The translations under genes and the position numbers were made by a program. Below the pieces are notes generated by a model. That model ran no database searches. It saw only the letters and a program-made list of their open reading frames with translations, and was not told the origin of the DNA. A stretch of 47,107 nt of DNA, from positions 1 through 47,107 of IMG/VR virus record IMGVR_UViG_3300033069_001366. One strand, written 5' to 3'. Origin of the DNA: a virus. Its lineage: Duplodnaviria > Heunggongvirae > Uroviricota > Caudoviricetes. Shown here piece by piece: positions 9,402 through 18,500 of this stretch (position 1 is the first letter of the stretch; every line of letters starts with the position of its first letter).

Positions 9402-9580
9402 GTGATGAAATTTTAGAACTAACTACAGTTACTGACTATGTTAATGAAATCGAAAGAATGTTTGATAATAAACCAGATAAAAGAACTAAAGAATACAAGA
9501 ATTGGAAAGAGAATATAAATTCTCTAATAGAAAAATTAAACAAAATCTCAAAAGTAAAACTATACTCAAAAGTCATATGA
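9398..9580 (+). CDS. Hypothetical 60-aa protein
   Basis: ATGA overlaps at both ends. Confidence 0.6.
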   Translation: MSDEILELTTVTDYVNEIERMFDNKPDKRTKEYKNWKENINSLIEKLNKISKVKLYSKVI

Positions 9581-10260
9581 ATTACAAAATAATAACAGAT
9601 GAAAAACTTTTAAAAGACTTTATAGAATGGCTACCTGAACTAAAACAGGATGAGAAATACTATTTTTGTCTTTTTGCAAGAAATAAATATTGTAAAGAAC
9701 TTACACATATTAAGTCTGATAAAGCACAACTAAAAAGATTTGTGTCAGATAAGGATAGACTTTTCTGGAAAATAAAACAACTTGAATGTGAGATAGATTC
9801 TTATAGACAAAAAGAAATACCTGTTCCTCAGGAAGCTCTTGCTTTGTACATGACTGTAAATCCAAGAAGTATGCTTAAGGCTACTGTAAATACAATGGTA
9901 AAACTTGCTCAAAGCATAAGAGATCAGAATATAAATATGAATGCTCACCAAGAAGCGTTAAGTGAGATACAAAAAGCAAAATCAAGAACTTGTTTTGTAG
10001 ATTTTGACGTAGATAATAAAGATTCATTAAAAGAAATATCAGAACAACTTGATAATCAATTTAATGAGTATCATATCTTAGAAAGTAGAGGAGGTTACCA
10101 TGTTATGGTAAATCCTGAAAAGGTAAAACAGGAGTTTAAAAATTCTTGGTACAATACTTTTAAAAGGTATTCTGATCAGACTGGAGATATAATGATACCT
10201 GTTGTTGGTACTTATCAAGGAGGATTTACACCTAAATTTATAAAAAATGTTAGATTATAA
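9577..10260 (+). CDS. AEP (archaeo-eukaryotic primase) superfamily-like protein; probable start 9577
   Basis: FVDFDVD (motif I DxD), ESRGGYH (motif II SxxGxH), GDIMIP (motif III). Confidence 0.55.
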   Translation: MNYKIITDEKLLKDFIEWLPELKQDEKYYFCLFARNKYCKELTHIKSDKAQLKRFVSDKDRLFWKIKQLECEIDSYRQKEIPVPQEALALYMTVNPRSMLKATVNTMVKLAQSIRDQNINMNAHQEALSEIQKAKSRTCFVDFDVDNKDSLKEISEQLDNQFNEYHILESRGGYHVMVNPEKVKQEFKNSWYNTFKRYSDQTGDIMIPVVGTYQGGFTPKFIKNVRL

Positions 10261-10277
10261 TGAAAATAAAATAGGAA

Positions 10278-10545
10278 ATGCAAACAGAAAGATTAAACTA
10301 TGAGGAATTTTGTGTCCTCTTTGGAGAATGGGCTGAAAGATTTAAACCTTTTATAGAAGGTAAAGAGATGTTTGATATATATCAAAAACTAAAGTCTGAT
10401 AGTCAAAAAGAAAGAATAGTTCCTAATAGTAATAATACCTTTAGGGCTTTTTCTACTTGCTCTCCAAATAATTTAAAGGTCATATTTTATATGATGGACC
10501 CTTACGCAAAAAGGTATAAGAATAAGGCATACCAAGCAACTGGAT
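10278..10545 (+). CDS. ung: Uracil-DNA glycosylase (family 1-like), exon 1
   Basis: KVIFYMMDPY (GQDPY equivalent), ending YQATG. Confidence 0.85.
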
Positions 10546-10558
10546 TGATGTAAATTTA

Positions 10559-10590
10559 TTTGGATTGTTGCAATAAATTTTGTATATTTG
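10559..10590 (+). promoter_or_regulatory. Bacteroidota primary-sigma promoter inside the intron, upstream of the endonuclease
   Basis: TTTG (10559-62), 20-nt spacer, TATATTTG (10583-90); ATG 4 nt downstream at 10595. Confidence 0.7.
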
Positions 10591-10594
10591 TTTC

Positions 10595-11188
10595 ATGAAA
10601 ATATGTAATAGATGTAAAGTATCCAAAAATTTGGAAGACTTTAAAAATAAAAACTCTAAAACTTGTATTTCCTGTAGAGAAATAGCTAAAAAGAGCTATA
10701 GATTAAAAAAGCAAGGAAAGTTACCAAAATATGCAGAAGTTCAAGAGATTTTGCAAAAAGCTTACTTAAAAGGAAATTTTGTTTGTAAGATTTGCAATAG
10801 TGAAAAACCTCTGCATAATTTTGGAAAACATAAAAATAACAATAAATATGGTATATCAAGAGTTTGTAAAGAATGTAATAGAGAATTAAATAAATTTTCT
10901 AAAATTTCTAAATATGGTATATCAAAAGAAGAGTTTATTAAAAAATTAATTAATCAAAATTACAAATGTGAAATATGTAAAGTAGATATAAAATATTTGT
11001 CAAGATATAATAACAAATATAAATCTGCTTGTATAGATCATGATCATGAAACAGGAAAAGTACGAGGTTTATTATGCAGTTCTTGTAATAGAGCACTAAG
11101 TTTGTTTAAAGATAATTACAACATATTGCAAAATGCAACCAAATATCTAGTTCAGTATAAATCGGATAAATTGCTGGAAAATCCATAG
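10595..11188 (+). CDS. Intron-encoded HNH endonuclease, Endonuclease VII-like; probable start 10595
   Basis: Multiple CxxC pairs; C-terminal CEIC...CIDHDHETGKVRGLLCSSCNRAL. The 3' end overlaps the intron core. Confidence 0.88.
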   Translation: MKICNRCKVSKNLEDFKNKNSKTCISCREIAKKSYRLKKQGKLPKYAEVQEILQKAYLKGNFVCKICNSEKPLHNFGKHKNNNKYGISRVCKECNRELNKFSKISKYGISKEEFIKKLINQNYKCEICKVDIKYLSRYNNKYKSACIDHDHETGKVRGLLCSSCNRALSLFKDNYNILQNATKYLVQYKSDKLLENP

Positions 11189-11383
11189 TGAAATGGACAA
11201 TCAGCAGCCAATACAGAATTTAAATGGTTCTGGAAGGTTCAGAGACTAACTCTTGAAACTGGAAACAGAATATAATAGAGACACGAACATCCGACACTAG
11301 AAATAGTGATGATATAGTCCGAACTATGAGTATATATAAAGTCATAGATTTTAAGGATAAAGAGCCTTAAAGATAACACGTTG

Positions 11384-11865
11384 TAGCTTTAGATTGTTCA
11401 AATAGTCCTGATGGAGAATTACAACCATCTTTAGAGTTATTTTATAAAGGAATTGAGAATGATTTAGATATGAAAGTAGATAAATCTCCTTCTTTATTAT
11501 ATCTTCAGGATCAAGGAGTTATGATGCTCAATACAGACCTTACCTGTAAATTAAACAAAACAGCTTCCCATAAGAAATTATGGGAACCTTTTCAAAAGTT
11601 CTTTTTAGAAGAGATAATGTTTGGCTATACAGGTATAATTTATATTCTTTCTGGTGATGAATCGAAAAGAATGAAAAGGTACATAAATCCTTTAGGTAAT
11701 TATATTTTTGAAATAGAGCATCCTGTAGCTGCTAGTTATGCTCATAGAGATTGGAATCATCAAAACATTTTCAGAAAGATTAATAGAATTCTAAAAGAGA
11801 ATAACAATTTTTCTATAGAATGGGACAATAAGAAATATCAAGAACTTTCAAAACCACCCTTTTAA
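11384..11865 (+). CDS. ung: Uracil-DNA glycosylase, exon 2 (spliced product 249 aa)
   Basis: ALDCSNSPDGELQPSL...QGVMMLNTDLT...SG...EHPVAAS...F.KINRIL, matching the UDG PPSL, LLLNxxLT and HPSP equivalents. Confidence 0.88.
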
Positions 11866-11867
11866 TT

Positions 11868-12149
11868 ATGCAAAATTTACAAAAAGGCGATTTAATAGTT
11901 GTAGCCTATAATAACTATTTACTGTATTCTGTTTATATTAAAACACCTAAAAACCATCCTCATTATTATATAATATCTGATTGGATAGTAAAAGCAATTA
12001 ATGATGGGAAAAGACCTAGAGTTGATTATATGAACAGAGACCAAGATAAACTACCATCTTTTATAAAGGTAGACCCTGACTTACTTGATAAAACTACAAG
12101 AGACAAATATGAATTTATTAAAAATTATGTAATAAATGATTTCAAATAA
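11868..12149 (+). CDS. Hypothetical protein
   Basis: 93-aa ORF in operon context. Confidence 0.6.
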   Translation: MQNLQKGDLIVVAYNNYLLYSVYIKTPKNHPHYYIISDWIVKAINDGKRPRVDYMNRDQDKLPSFIKVDPDLLDKTTRDKYEFIKNYVINDFK

Positions 12150-12378
12150 GATAAAAAGACTTAGGATTAAATTAGAACTTCTGGATAAGGAGGGATGCAA
12201 CTCCCTTCTTATAGACATGATAGATTTACTACAAAGGTCCTCAGTAAGACTAGAAAATGAGTATGATAAGTTAGATATTATAAAAGAGCTAAAATTTAAC
12301 TACAAAGAAGAATTACAAAATCTAACACCAAAAGATTCCAAACAACAAAATTTATTTGATAATGATTCAACAAGCTGA
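12136..12378 (+). CDS. Hypothetical protein (start could be 12217)
   Basis: 80-aa ORF containing an 11-bp-stem hairpin at 12185-12212. Confidence 0.5.
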   Translation: MISNKIKRLRIKLELLDKEGCNSLLIDMIDLLQRSSVRLENEYDKLDIIKELKFNYKEELQNLTPKDSKQQNLFDNDSTS

Positions 12379-14548
12379 TTTTATAAAAAATGATGTTTTT
12401 GTAGAGAACTCCGCAGATGAGACAATTCATATGTCGATTGATACCGAAAGTGTATCTCACTTAATGATGGTTTTATCATCAAATCTCTACCAAAATTCGA
12501 TTGGTTCTATTGTTAGAGAATATGTCTCTAATGCTGTAGATGCAAATATTGAAGTCAAATCTTCAGACCCTGTTATAGTAAAATTAACAGATGTAGAATT
12601 TAGTGTCCAGGATTTTGGTCCTGGTCTTGACGACAAAGACTTTAGAAATATTATTTCTAAGTATGGTAAATCAACAAAAAGAGATAAAACTGACCAACTT
12701 GGTTATTATGGTCTTGGAACAAAGTCTGCATTTTCATATACAAAAACTTTCTACTTTACCTGTAGAAAGGATAATGTAGAAAGGAAATACTTACTTTATA
12801 AGGGAGAATTTGGTTTTAATATAGACCTTTTGTTTGAGAAACCAACAAACGAAAAGAATGGAGTAACAGTAACTATTCCTGTTACAGGGTATGATTTCTC
12901 AAAGTTTTTAACAGAAATTAAGAATCAACTCTGTTATTTTGATAATGTATACTTTGATGTAAAAACAGTTGATTTAAATCAGGGATTTAGCATTTTTACT
13001 GAAGAACTTATACAGAGGTCTACTTTACGAGCAGATAAAGAGATGCATATATGTCTTGGTAGAGTCTGTTACCCTATTGATTGGAAATTAATAGGTGAGC
13101 AAACTATTAATCTACCAATAGGTCTGAAATTTGACTTATCATCTGGTATATTTCCTACACCTAATAGAGAGTCAGTTATATGGAATGAGAGTACTAAAAA
13201 ACTTGTAAAAGATAGAATATATCAAGTATGTGCAGACCTTATTACAAGGTATAATAATAAAGTAAAGGAAGTTGATAATCTTTATGAAGCTTTGTCTTTA
13301 ATGAATGATTGGACTAGACCTCTTGATGTACTAGGTACTACACTTGATATAAGTAGTATTGGAAAATTTGGAAGTATAAATGATGTAAAGTTAAAAGGTA
13401 TTAAGAAAAAAGCCTCTTTTTATAAGTCAAAGTTAGCTTTTATGCTTGATGACTACAGATTAGTTGCTGAGTTAAATTATAATAATACATTTAGGTCTAA
13501 AAGACTATATAGATCTTTATCTAATAGGGATTGTTTAAAAACAAATGTAGTAGTTTTAAATGAAAGCGACAAGTTATCTGGTTATTTTGCTGATTTCTTA
13601 AAATCTAAGAAAGTTACATACTTTGCTAAAAATGTACTATTTTCAGAAATTATTCAAAAAAATAGAGCATATTATGATACTTTGTTTGGTCCTGGTTATA
13701 CAAAAGATGATTTAGATGAATATCTGAAAGTAAAAAATGATTTTCTTAAAGCTTATCTTATTGACGGTACTAGCTGGTCAAAAAGTAAAGAGTTTGAACA
13801 GTTTAAACTTGATAATAAAGTAAAAAGAAAAACTACATATGTTTCTAAGAGAATAAATAAAGGAAGTGGGCAAATTACTATAAGTGAGAGTTATAAAATT
13901 GCTGATAGAAGAGGATTTGCTTTTAAAAAGAGTGCAACTGATATTAGTAATTTATCAAAATCTCCATTCTTAAGAGTAATAGTTGAAGAAAATGACACTT
14001 CATTTTGTTCGGAATATATGGAACTTTTTCAATTACAAGCAGTAAGGTTTGTAAAAATAGGAAAATTAGATTATAAAAAGATAGCAAACTTAAAAATTCA
14101 TAACATGATAAAATTTAAAGATTTAGAGAAAGCAAAATCATTTGAGAGAATAGCAACAAGTTTAAAAATAGAACGTCTATTAGAGTCTTTTGATAAACTT
14201 CATGACGGTAAACTAAAGATTGTAAAAGAGTGTATGATAAAAGTTAATAATTGTTATAAAGAGCTAGAAGCTTATAAATCAAAGAACAAGACACATTTTG
14301 CACCTAGTTCTCTGGAAAAAACTATAATCGCTGCTGCAGAACAAGGTAATTTGTGGGATAAAACTATATATGATAAAGTTTTACAATTTGAGAAATATAT
14401 AGGTGAATTCGACTTTATTAACTATCTTCGTAAGCCTGATTATAATGAAGATCCAAAAGATTTTACCAATCTTATACATACTTTATTATTAATGAAAAAA
14501 TTAAAATTTAATGCTCCTGCTGCAATGGAGTTAGTAGTAAAACAATAA
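12356..14548 (+). CDS. rIIA: rIIA-like protein with N-terminal GHKL ATPase
   Basis: REYVSNAVDA, DFGPGL, KYGKSTK, GYYGLGTKS, NGVTV; followed by an rIIB-like gene. Confidence 0.8.
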   Translation: MIMIQQADFIKNDVFVENSADETIHMSIDTESVSHLMMVLSSNLYQNSIGSIVREYVSNAVDANIEVKSSDPVIVKLTDVEFSVQDFGPGLDDKDFRNIISKYGKSTKRDKTDQLGYYGLGTKSAFSYTKTFYFTCRKDNVERKYLLYKGEFGFNIDLLFEKPTNEKNGVTVTIPVTGYDFSKFLTEIKNQLCYFDNVYFDVKTVDLNQGFSIFTEELIQRSTLRADKEMHICLGRVCYPIDWKLIGEQTINLPIGLKFDLSSGIFPTPNRESVIWNESTKKLVKDRIYQVCADLITRYNNKVKEVDNLYEALSLMNDWTRPLDVLGTTLDISSIGKFGSINDVKLKGIKKKASFYKSKLAFMLDDYRLVAELNYNNTFRSKRLYRSLSNRDCLKTNVVVLNESDKLSGYFADFLKSKKVTYFAKNVLFSEIIQKNRAYYDTLFGPGYTKDDLDEYLKVKNDFLKAYLIDGTSWSKSKEFEQFKLDNKVKRKTTYVSKRINKGSGQITISESYKIADRRGFAFKKSATDISNLSKSPFLRVIVEENDTSFCSEYMELFQLQAVRFVKIGKLDYKKIANLKIHNMIKFKDLEKAKSFERIATSLKIERLLESFDKLHDGKLKIVKECMIKVNNCYKELEAYKSKNKTHFAPSSLEKTIIAAAEQGNLWDKTIYDKVLQFEKYIGEFDFINYLRKPDYNEDPKDFTNLIHTLLLMKKLKFNAPAAMELVVKQ

Positions 14549-14559
14549 AAACTAAAATT

Positions 14560-15921
14560 ATGAAATTCTTCAAATTTAACTGGTTTTCTAGTAAAGAACG
14601 TGAACTGCTTTTAAAAGAAAAAGCAGAAATTGAATCTAAAGCAGAATCTTTAGCTGCACAAAATAGGCAGTTATCTTCTGAGTTAATGTATGAGAAAGGA
14701 TTAAACGAGTATAGGGAGCTTCCTAAAGCCCCAGATAAACCTTACAAGAACTTGTATTATACTGATGGTTCTCTTACTATTGTCTCTCATGAAGGTGATG
14801 TAATATGCAAAACTGGTATTCCTCAAGCTGCACTTGATTTAATCAAAAAAGCTGCTTCCTTTGATAATATATTGTCATTATTATCAGAAAAAGTAACTGA
14901 TAAAGGTAATGAAGAGGGACAAGATATAATTCAAAAAAATGCCTCTATCTTAGATACATGCGATGATTTTGTTCATATGGTAGATGGTTATATTATGAAA
15001 GGTGTAAATCTTGTTATACCACCTGTTGTGTTGGCTAGTTTTATAGAGATTCTAGAAAAGAGAAATCATGGTTCAAATGGTAACTTAGATGATGAATATC
15101 AAGCACTTAAGATGTTTTGGTTGAAACTTGCATTAAATGGAATGGAACAAAGTAGAAATGATCTTTTAAACTTTGTTAAGAAAAATGATGTAAAGATAAC
15201 TAAAAACGGTAATTTAATTCTTTACAGAAGAATTGTTTCCAAGTCTAGAAAATCTAAGGGTTTAACAAAATTTGTTTCTTTAACCTATTATAACACAAAG
15301 AAAATAAGCAAAAAATCACCAAAAGATTTTGATGTTTATCAACATCCAGATAATGGATTCTTTCTTAAACACATTGGCTCTGTAAAACAAGTACAGGGTA
15401 CAAGAATTGGTAATTTAGCTGAATTGTACAAAAATCCAGATCTTAATAATGAGAATGTATTTACTTCATGGCATAGTAGGGATAAACATACCATTAAAGT
15501 TGGCTCAGTTTATCAAATAAATGAGAATGAGATAAATACAAATAATGGACTTTGTGCTGCAGGAGGATTACATGCTGCTGCAGTTAATTATGATTATAGT
15601 GGATTTGGAGATACACCTGTTGTGGTATTAGTTAGTCCAAGCAAAACAATTACTGTTCCTAAAGAGGAAACAGGAAAGTTAAGAACAACAGAAATGTTCA
15701 TTGCTTGTATTAATGATAAACCTCATGGTATTCACTTTGATGAAAAGACAATAGCAGCATTTGACGAAGAGTATAATAACTTTACAATTAATGAGTTAGA
15801 AGAAGCTCTTAGAGATAAGAGTTTTAGTGTAGCCTCTGTAGAGTCTTATATTTCTCCAATCAAATTTACTGATATTCAAACTATCAAAGACTTGTTGAAA
15901 CAAAGAGTAGTAAAGTCCTGA
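14560..15921 (+). CDS. rIIB: rIIB-like protein
   Basis: FWLKLALN..SRNDLLNF....ITKNGNLILYRR and CAAGGLHAA...VVVLVSP motifs; downstream of rIIA. Confidence 0.75.
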   Translation: MKFFKFNWFSSKERELLLKEKAEIESKAESLAAQNRQLSSELMYEKGLNEYRELPKAPDKPYKNLYYTDGSLTIVSHEGDVICKTGIPQAALDLIKKAASFDNILSLLSEKVTDKGNEEGQDIIQKNASILDTCDDFVHMVDGYIMKGVNLVIPPVVLASFIEILEKRNHGSNGNLDDEYQALKMFWLKLALNGMEQSRNDLLNFVKKNDVKITKNGNLILYRRIVSKSRKSKGLTKFVSLTYYNTKKISKKSPKDFDVYQHPDNGFFLKHIGSVKQVQGTRIGNLAELYKNPDLNNENVFTSWHSRDKHTIKVGSVYQINENEINTNNGLCAAGGLHAAAVNYDYSGFGDTPVVVLVSPSKTITVPKEETGKLRTTEMFIACINDKPHGIHFDEKTIAAFDEEYNNFTINELEEALRDKSFSVASVESYISPIKFTDIQTIKDLLKQRVVKS

Positions 15922-15929
15922 TTTTTAAT

Positions 15930-15964
15930 GAATCCCCTATAGACTAATATAGGGGATTCTTTTT
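15930..15964 (+). terminator. Intrinsic terminator
   Basis: GAATCCCCTATA-GACTAA-TATAGGGGATTC followed by TTTTT. Confidence 0.88.
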
Positions 15965-15991
15965 CTATTATAAATATATAAAAATAATAAT

Positions 15992-17089
15992 ATGAACGAT
16001 ACACTTCCTAAATTATATAAGTATAGTACTACAGGAAAAGCTCAACAATGGGAAATTGTTATATCTGGAAATACCTTTTACACGATTGAAGGTCAAGTTG
16101 GTGGTAAATTAACTACTTCATTACCGACAGTTTGTAAAGGTAAGAATATAGGTAAAGCAAATGAAACTACTGATGAACAACAGGCTTTATTGGAAGCAAA
16201 AGCCAAGTGGCAAAAGAAAGTAGATAAAGGTTATAGTGAAGTTATATCTACAGAAAAGAAGTTCTTTGAGCCAATGCTGGCAAATGATGCCCACAAAAGT
16301 AAAGATCTTTTTACAAAAAGAACATTTGTGCAGCCAAAACTAGATGGGTTAAGAGCTATTAATCAAAATAATACTCTTATGTCCAGAAATGGTAAACCTT
16401 ATGTATCAACTCCCCATCTGTATCAGGATAAATGGATTCTTGATGGTGAACTTTATACTCATGAGTATAAGGATGATTTTAATAAAATAGTTAGTCTTTG
16501 TAAAAAAACAAAACCTGAACCTGAAGATTTAAAAGAATCTGCAGAAAAGGTACAATTTTGGTGTTACGATATTCCTTCTGTTGATGGACCTTTTAGTAAA
16601 AGATATGAACATCTCAAAATTTTAAGCTTACAGTTTGGTGATAGTTTTGTACTAGTTCCTACCTATGAAGTTAAATCTTGGGATGATATTAAAAAGTATC
16701 ATGAACAATTCTTAGGAGAAGGTTACGAAGGTACTATTATTCGTATTGACTTAGGTCCTTATGAAAATAAAAGGAGTAAACAACTTCTTAAGTATAAAGA
16801 TTTTGTAGATGAAGAATTTAAAATTGTAGGTTTTGAAGAAGGTACTGGCAATAGAGTTGGAACTATTGGCTTCTTTATTTTACAACATGATAAAAACCCT
16901 GAACAAACTTTCAAATCAAATATCAAAGGAGATTTTGATTTTCTGAAACAAGTTTGGCAAGATAGACAGTCTTATATAGGAGCTACAGCTACTGTAAAAT
17001 ATTTTAATAGAACACCAAAAACAGAAGATGGAGGTGATGTGCCAAGATTTCCGTTTGTAATTAAGTTAGCAAGAGAAACCTTTGAATAA
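15992..17089 (+). CDS. lig: ATP-dependent DNA ligase with N-terminal WGR-like domain
   Basis: PMLA, QPKLDG (K at 16337), DGEL, EGTIIR, KYKDF, C-terminal PRFP. N-terminus W..I.G....EGQVGGK...KK.DKGY. Confidence 0.9.
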   Translation: MNDTLPKLYKYSTTGKAQQWEIVISGNTFYTIEGQVGGKLTTSLPTVCKGKNIGKANETTDEQQALLEAKAKWQKKVDKGYSEVISTEKKFFEPMLANDAHKSKDLFTKRTFVQPKLDGLRAINQNNTLMSRNGKPYVSTPHLYQDKWILDGELYTHEYKDDFNKIVSLCKKTKPEPEDLKESAEKVQFWCYDIPSVDGPFSKRYEHLKILSLQFGDSFVLVPTYEVKSWDDIKKYHEQFLGEGYEGTIIRIDLGPYENKRSKQLLKYKDFVDEEFKIVGFEEGTGNRVGTIGFFILQHDKNPEQTFKSNIKGDFDFLKQVWQDRQSYIGATATVKYFNRTPKTEDGGDVPRFPFVIKLARETFE

Positions 17090-17119
17090 ATTTGAATATG
17101 TTATTAAAAAGAGAAGAAT

Positions 17120-17329
17120 ATGAATAATAAAAGATTAGTCCAAATTTTAGGAGATATGTGGGAAGAATTATGGTACTTCCCACAAGATGTTACAGATGAA
17201 CAAATTAAAGAATCTTTTCAAAGATATAGAGATTCAGATTATGAAACATTTGAAGAGTACTTAGATGAAGAAAATCCACAAATGGATGGAGAAAGAGTAT
17301 TTGTTGATGAAATTCTAATAACTTATTAA
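17120..17329 (+). CDS. Small acidic hypothetical protein
   Basis: 69 aa, D/E-rich; lies between ligase and PARP. Confidence 0.65.
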   Translation: MNNKRLVQILGDMWEELWYFPQDVTDEQIKESFQRYRDSDYETFEEYLDEENPQMDGERVFVDEILITY

Positions 17330-17330
17330 T

Positions 17331-18497
17331 ATGAATAAATATGCCAAACTTATAATGGTAACGACTGAAAACAATAATAAATTTTACGAGATGACCTACG
17401 AAGGTGGGTCATCTTTTAATGTAAAATATGGTAGAGTAGAATCTACCATACAAACTGCCTCATACTCCTTATCTCAATGGAATAGTAAATATAATGAAAA
17501 GATAAGAAAGGGTTATAAAGATGTAACTCATACTGTTGCTGTAGAAGTAAAACAGGTAGAAGATGTAAAATATACTAACTCTGGTTCTCCAGAGGAAGAG
17601 TTTTTATTTTTAATGAAGAAATATACAGATGGTCTTGTTTCTAAGACATATACTGTTAAGGCTCAAAGTGTTACACAAAAACAAGTAAATAATGCACAAG
17701 GGTACTTAGATCAGTTAGTAAAACTTCCAAAAACCAAGACTACTGAAATAAATAATCTCTTACTGCAGCTTTATATGGAAATCCCAAGAAGGATGGGAAA
17801 TGTAAGAGATTATCTTCTTCCTAATATCAATTTAGAAAAAGTTCTTCAACAAGAACAGGATAATCTTGATGCTATAGCTTCTCAGGTATCTATGATTTCT
17901 ACAGACAAAAAGAAGAAGACTAAAAAGAATGAATCTGATCTATTATCCACTCTTGGTATTAAGATGAAGAAAATAAATGGTCATCCTGATATACAATATC
18001 TTGTGGATCAATTAAGTAAAAATAAAATAAAAGCTATATTTGAGATTCAAAAGCATGAACATGATAAACTTTTTGAAGATTGGATGAAAAAGCAAAAGAA
18101 TACTCAAAAAAGGCATTTATTACATGGTACAAAATGTACAAGTGTTATCCCAATTATTGAACAAGGTTTGAAAATAAGACCTTCAGGAAACTATCAGTTC
18201 TCTGGTAAAGTTTATGGTGAAGGGAACTATTTTAGTGAAACTTGTTCAAAATCATTGAATTATACAGGATATGATCCAGATCAAGTACTACTTGTTTACG
18301 AAGTTCATACAGGTAATCCTTTCGTTTATGATGGATGGTATAGAGGAAATTCTTTTACTTTAAACTATAAAAATTTGCAAGAAAGAGGATTTGATAGTAC
18401 CTTTGTAAAAGCTGGCGGTGGTTTATTAAATACAGAAATCATTGCTTACAAAGAAGAACAAGCAAGAATCAAATATATAATTCACTTAAAAAGATAA
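17331..18497 (+). CDS. PARP-family ADP-ribosyltransferase (WGR, helical regulatory and catalytic domains)
   Basis: WGR: NNNKFY..YGRV..KIRKGY. Helical domain: VTQKQVNNAQGYL..LYMEIPRRMG. Catalytic H-Y-E: LLHGT (18123), GKVYGEGNYF..SKSLNY (18228), LLNTEIIAY..Q..IKY (18435). Confidence 0.92.
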   Translation: MNKYAKLIMVTTENNNKFYEMTYEGGSSFNVKYGRVESTIQTASYSLSQWNSKYNEKIRKGYKDVTHTVAVEVKQVEDVKYTNSGSPEEEFLFLMKKYTDGLVSKTYTVKAQSVTQKQVNNAQGYLDQLVKLPKTKTTEINNLLLQLYMEIPRRMGNVRDYLLPNINLEKVLQQEQDNLDAIASQVSMISTDKKKKTKKNESDLLSTLGIKMKKINGHPDIQYLVDQLSKNKIKAIFEIQKHEHDKLFEDWMKKQKNTQKRHLLHGTKCTSVIPIIEQGLKIRPSGNYQFSGKVYGEGNYFSETCSKSLNYTGYDPDQVLLVYEVHTGNPFVYDGWYRGNSFTLNYKNLQERGFDSTFVKAGGGLLNTEIIAYKEEQARIKYIIHLKR

Positions 18498-18500
18498 CAA

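Larger units (their letters stand above)
10546..11383 (+). mobile_element. Group I intron (838 nt) in ung
   Basis: P AAATTGCTGGAAA; Q AATCAGCAGCC; R GTTCAGAGACTA (GACTA 11244-11248); S GATATAGTCC (11311-11320); P3 TCGGAT/ATCCGA; P8 CACTA-GAAA-TAGTG. Exon ends in U and intron in G. Splicing restores QATG-L-ALDCS (cf. QAHGLAFS). Confidence 0.9.

Noticed and set aside
10541-10542. Alternative 5' splice site after ACT (10541), suggested by a possible P1 U-G pairing
   Set aside because: No nearby terminal G gives an in-frame ligation; 10545 does. P1 remains unresolved without folding.
10278-10553. ung pseudogene or fragmented gene
   Set aside because: Better explained by a complete group I intron whose removal restores the frame.
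17087-17127. TAAATTTG box followed by a 9-codon uORF upstream of the acidic protein
   Set aside because: No -33 TTTG at the right spacing, and the 8-mer arises easily by chance at this AT content.
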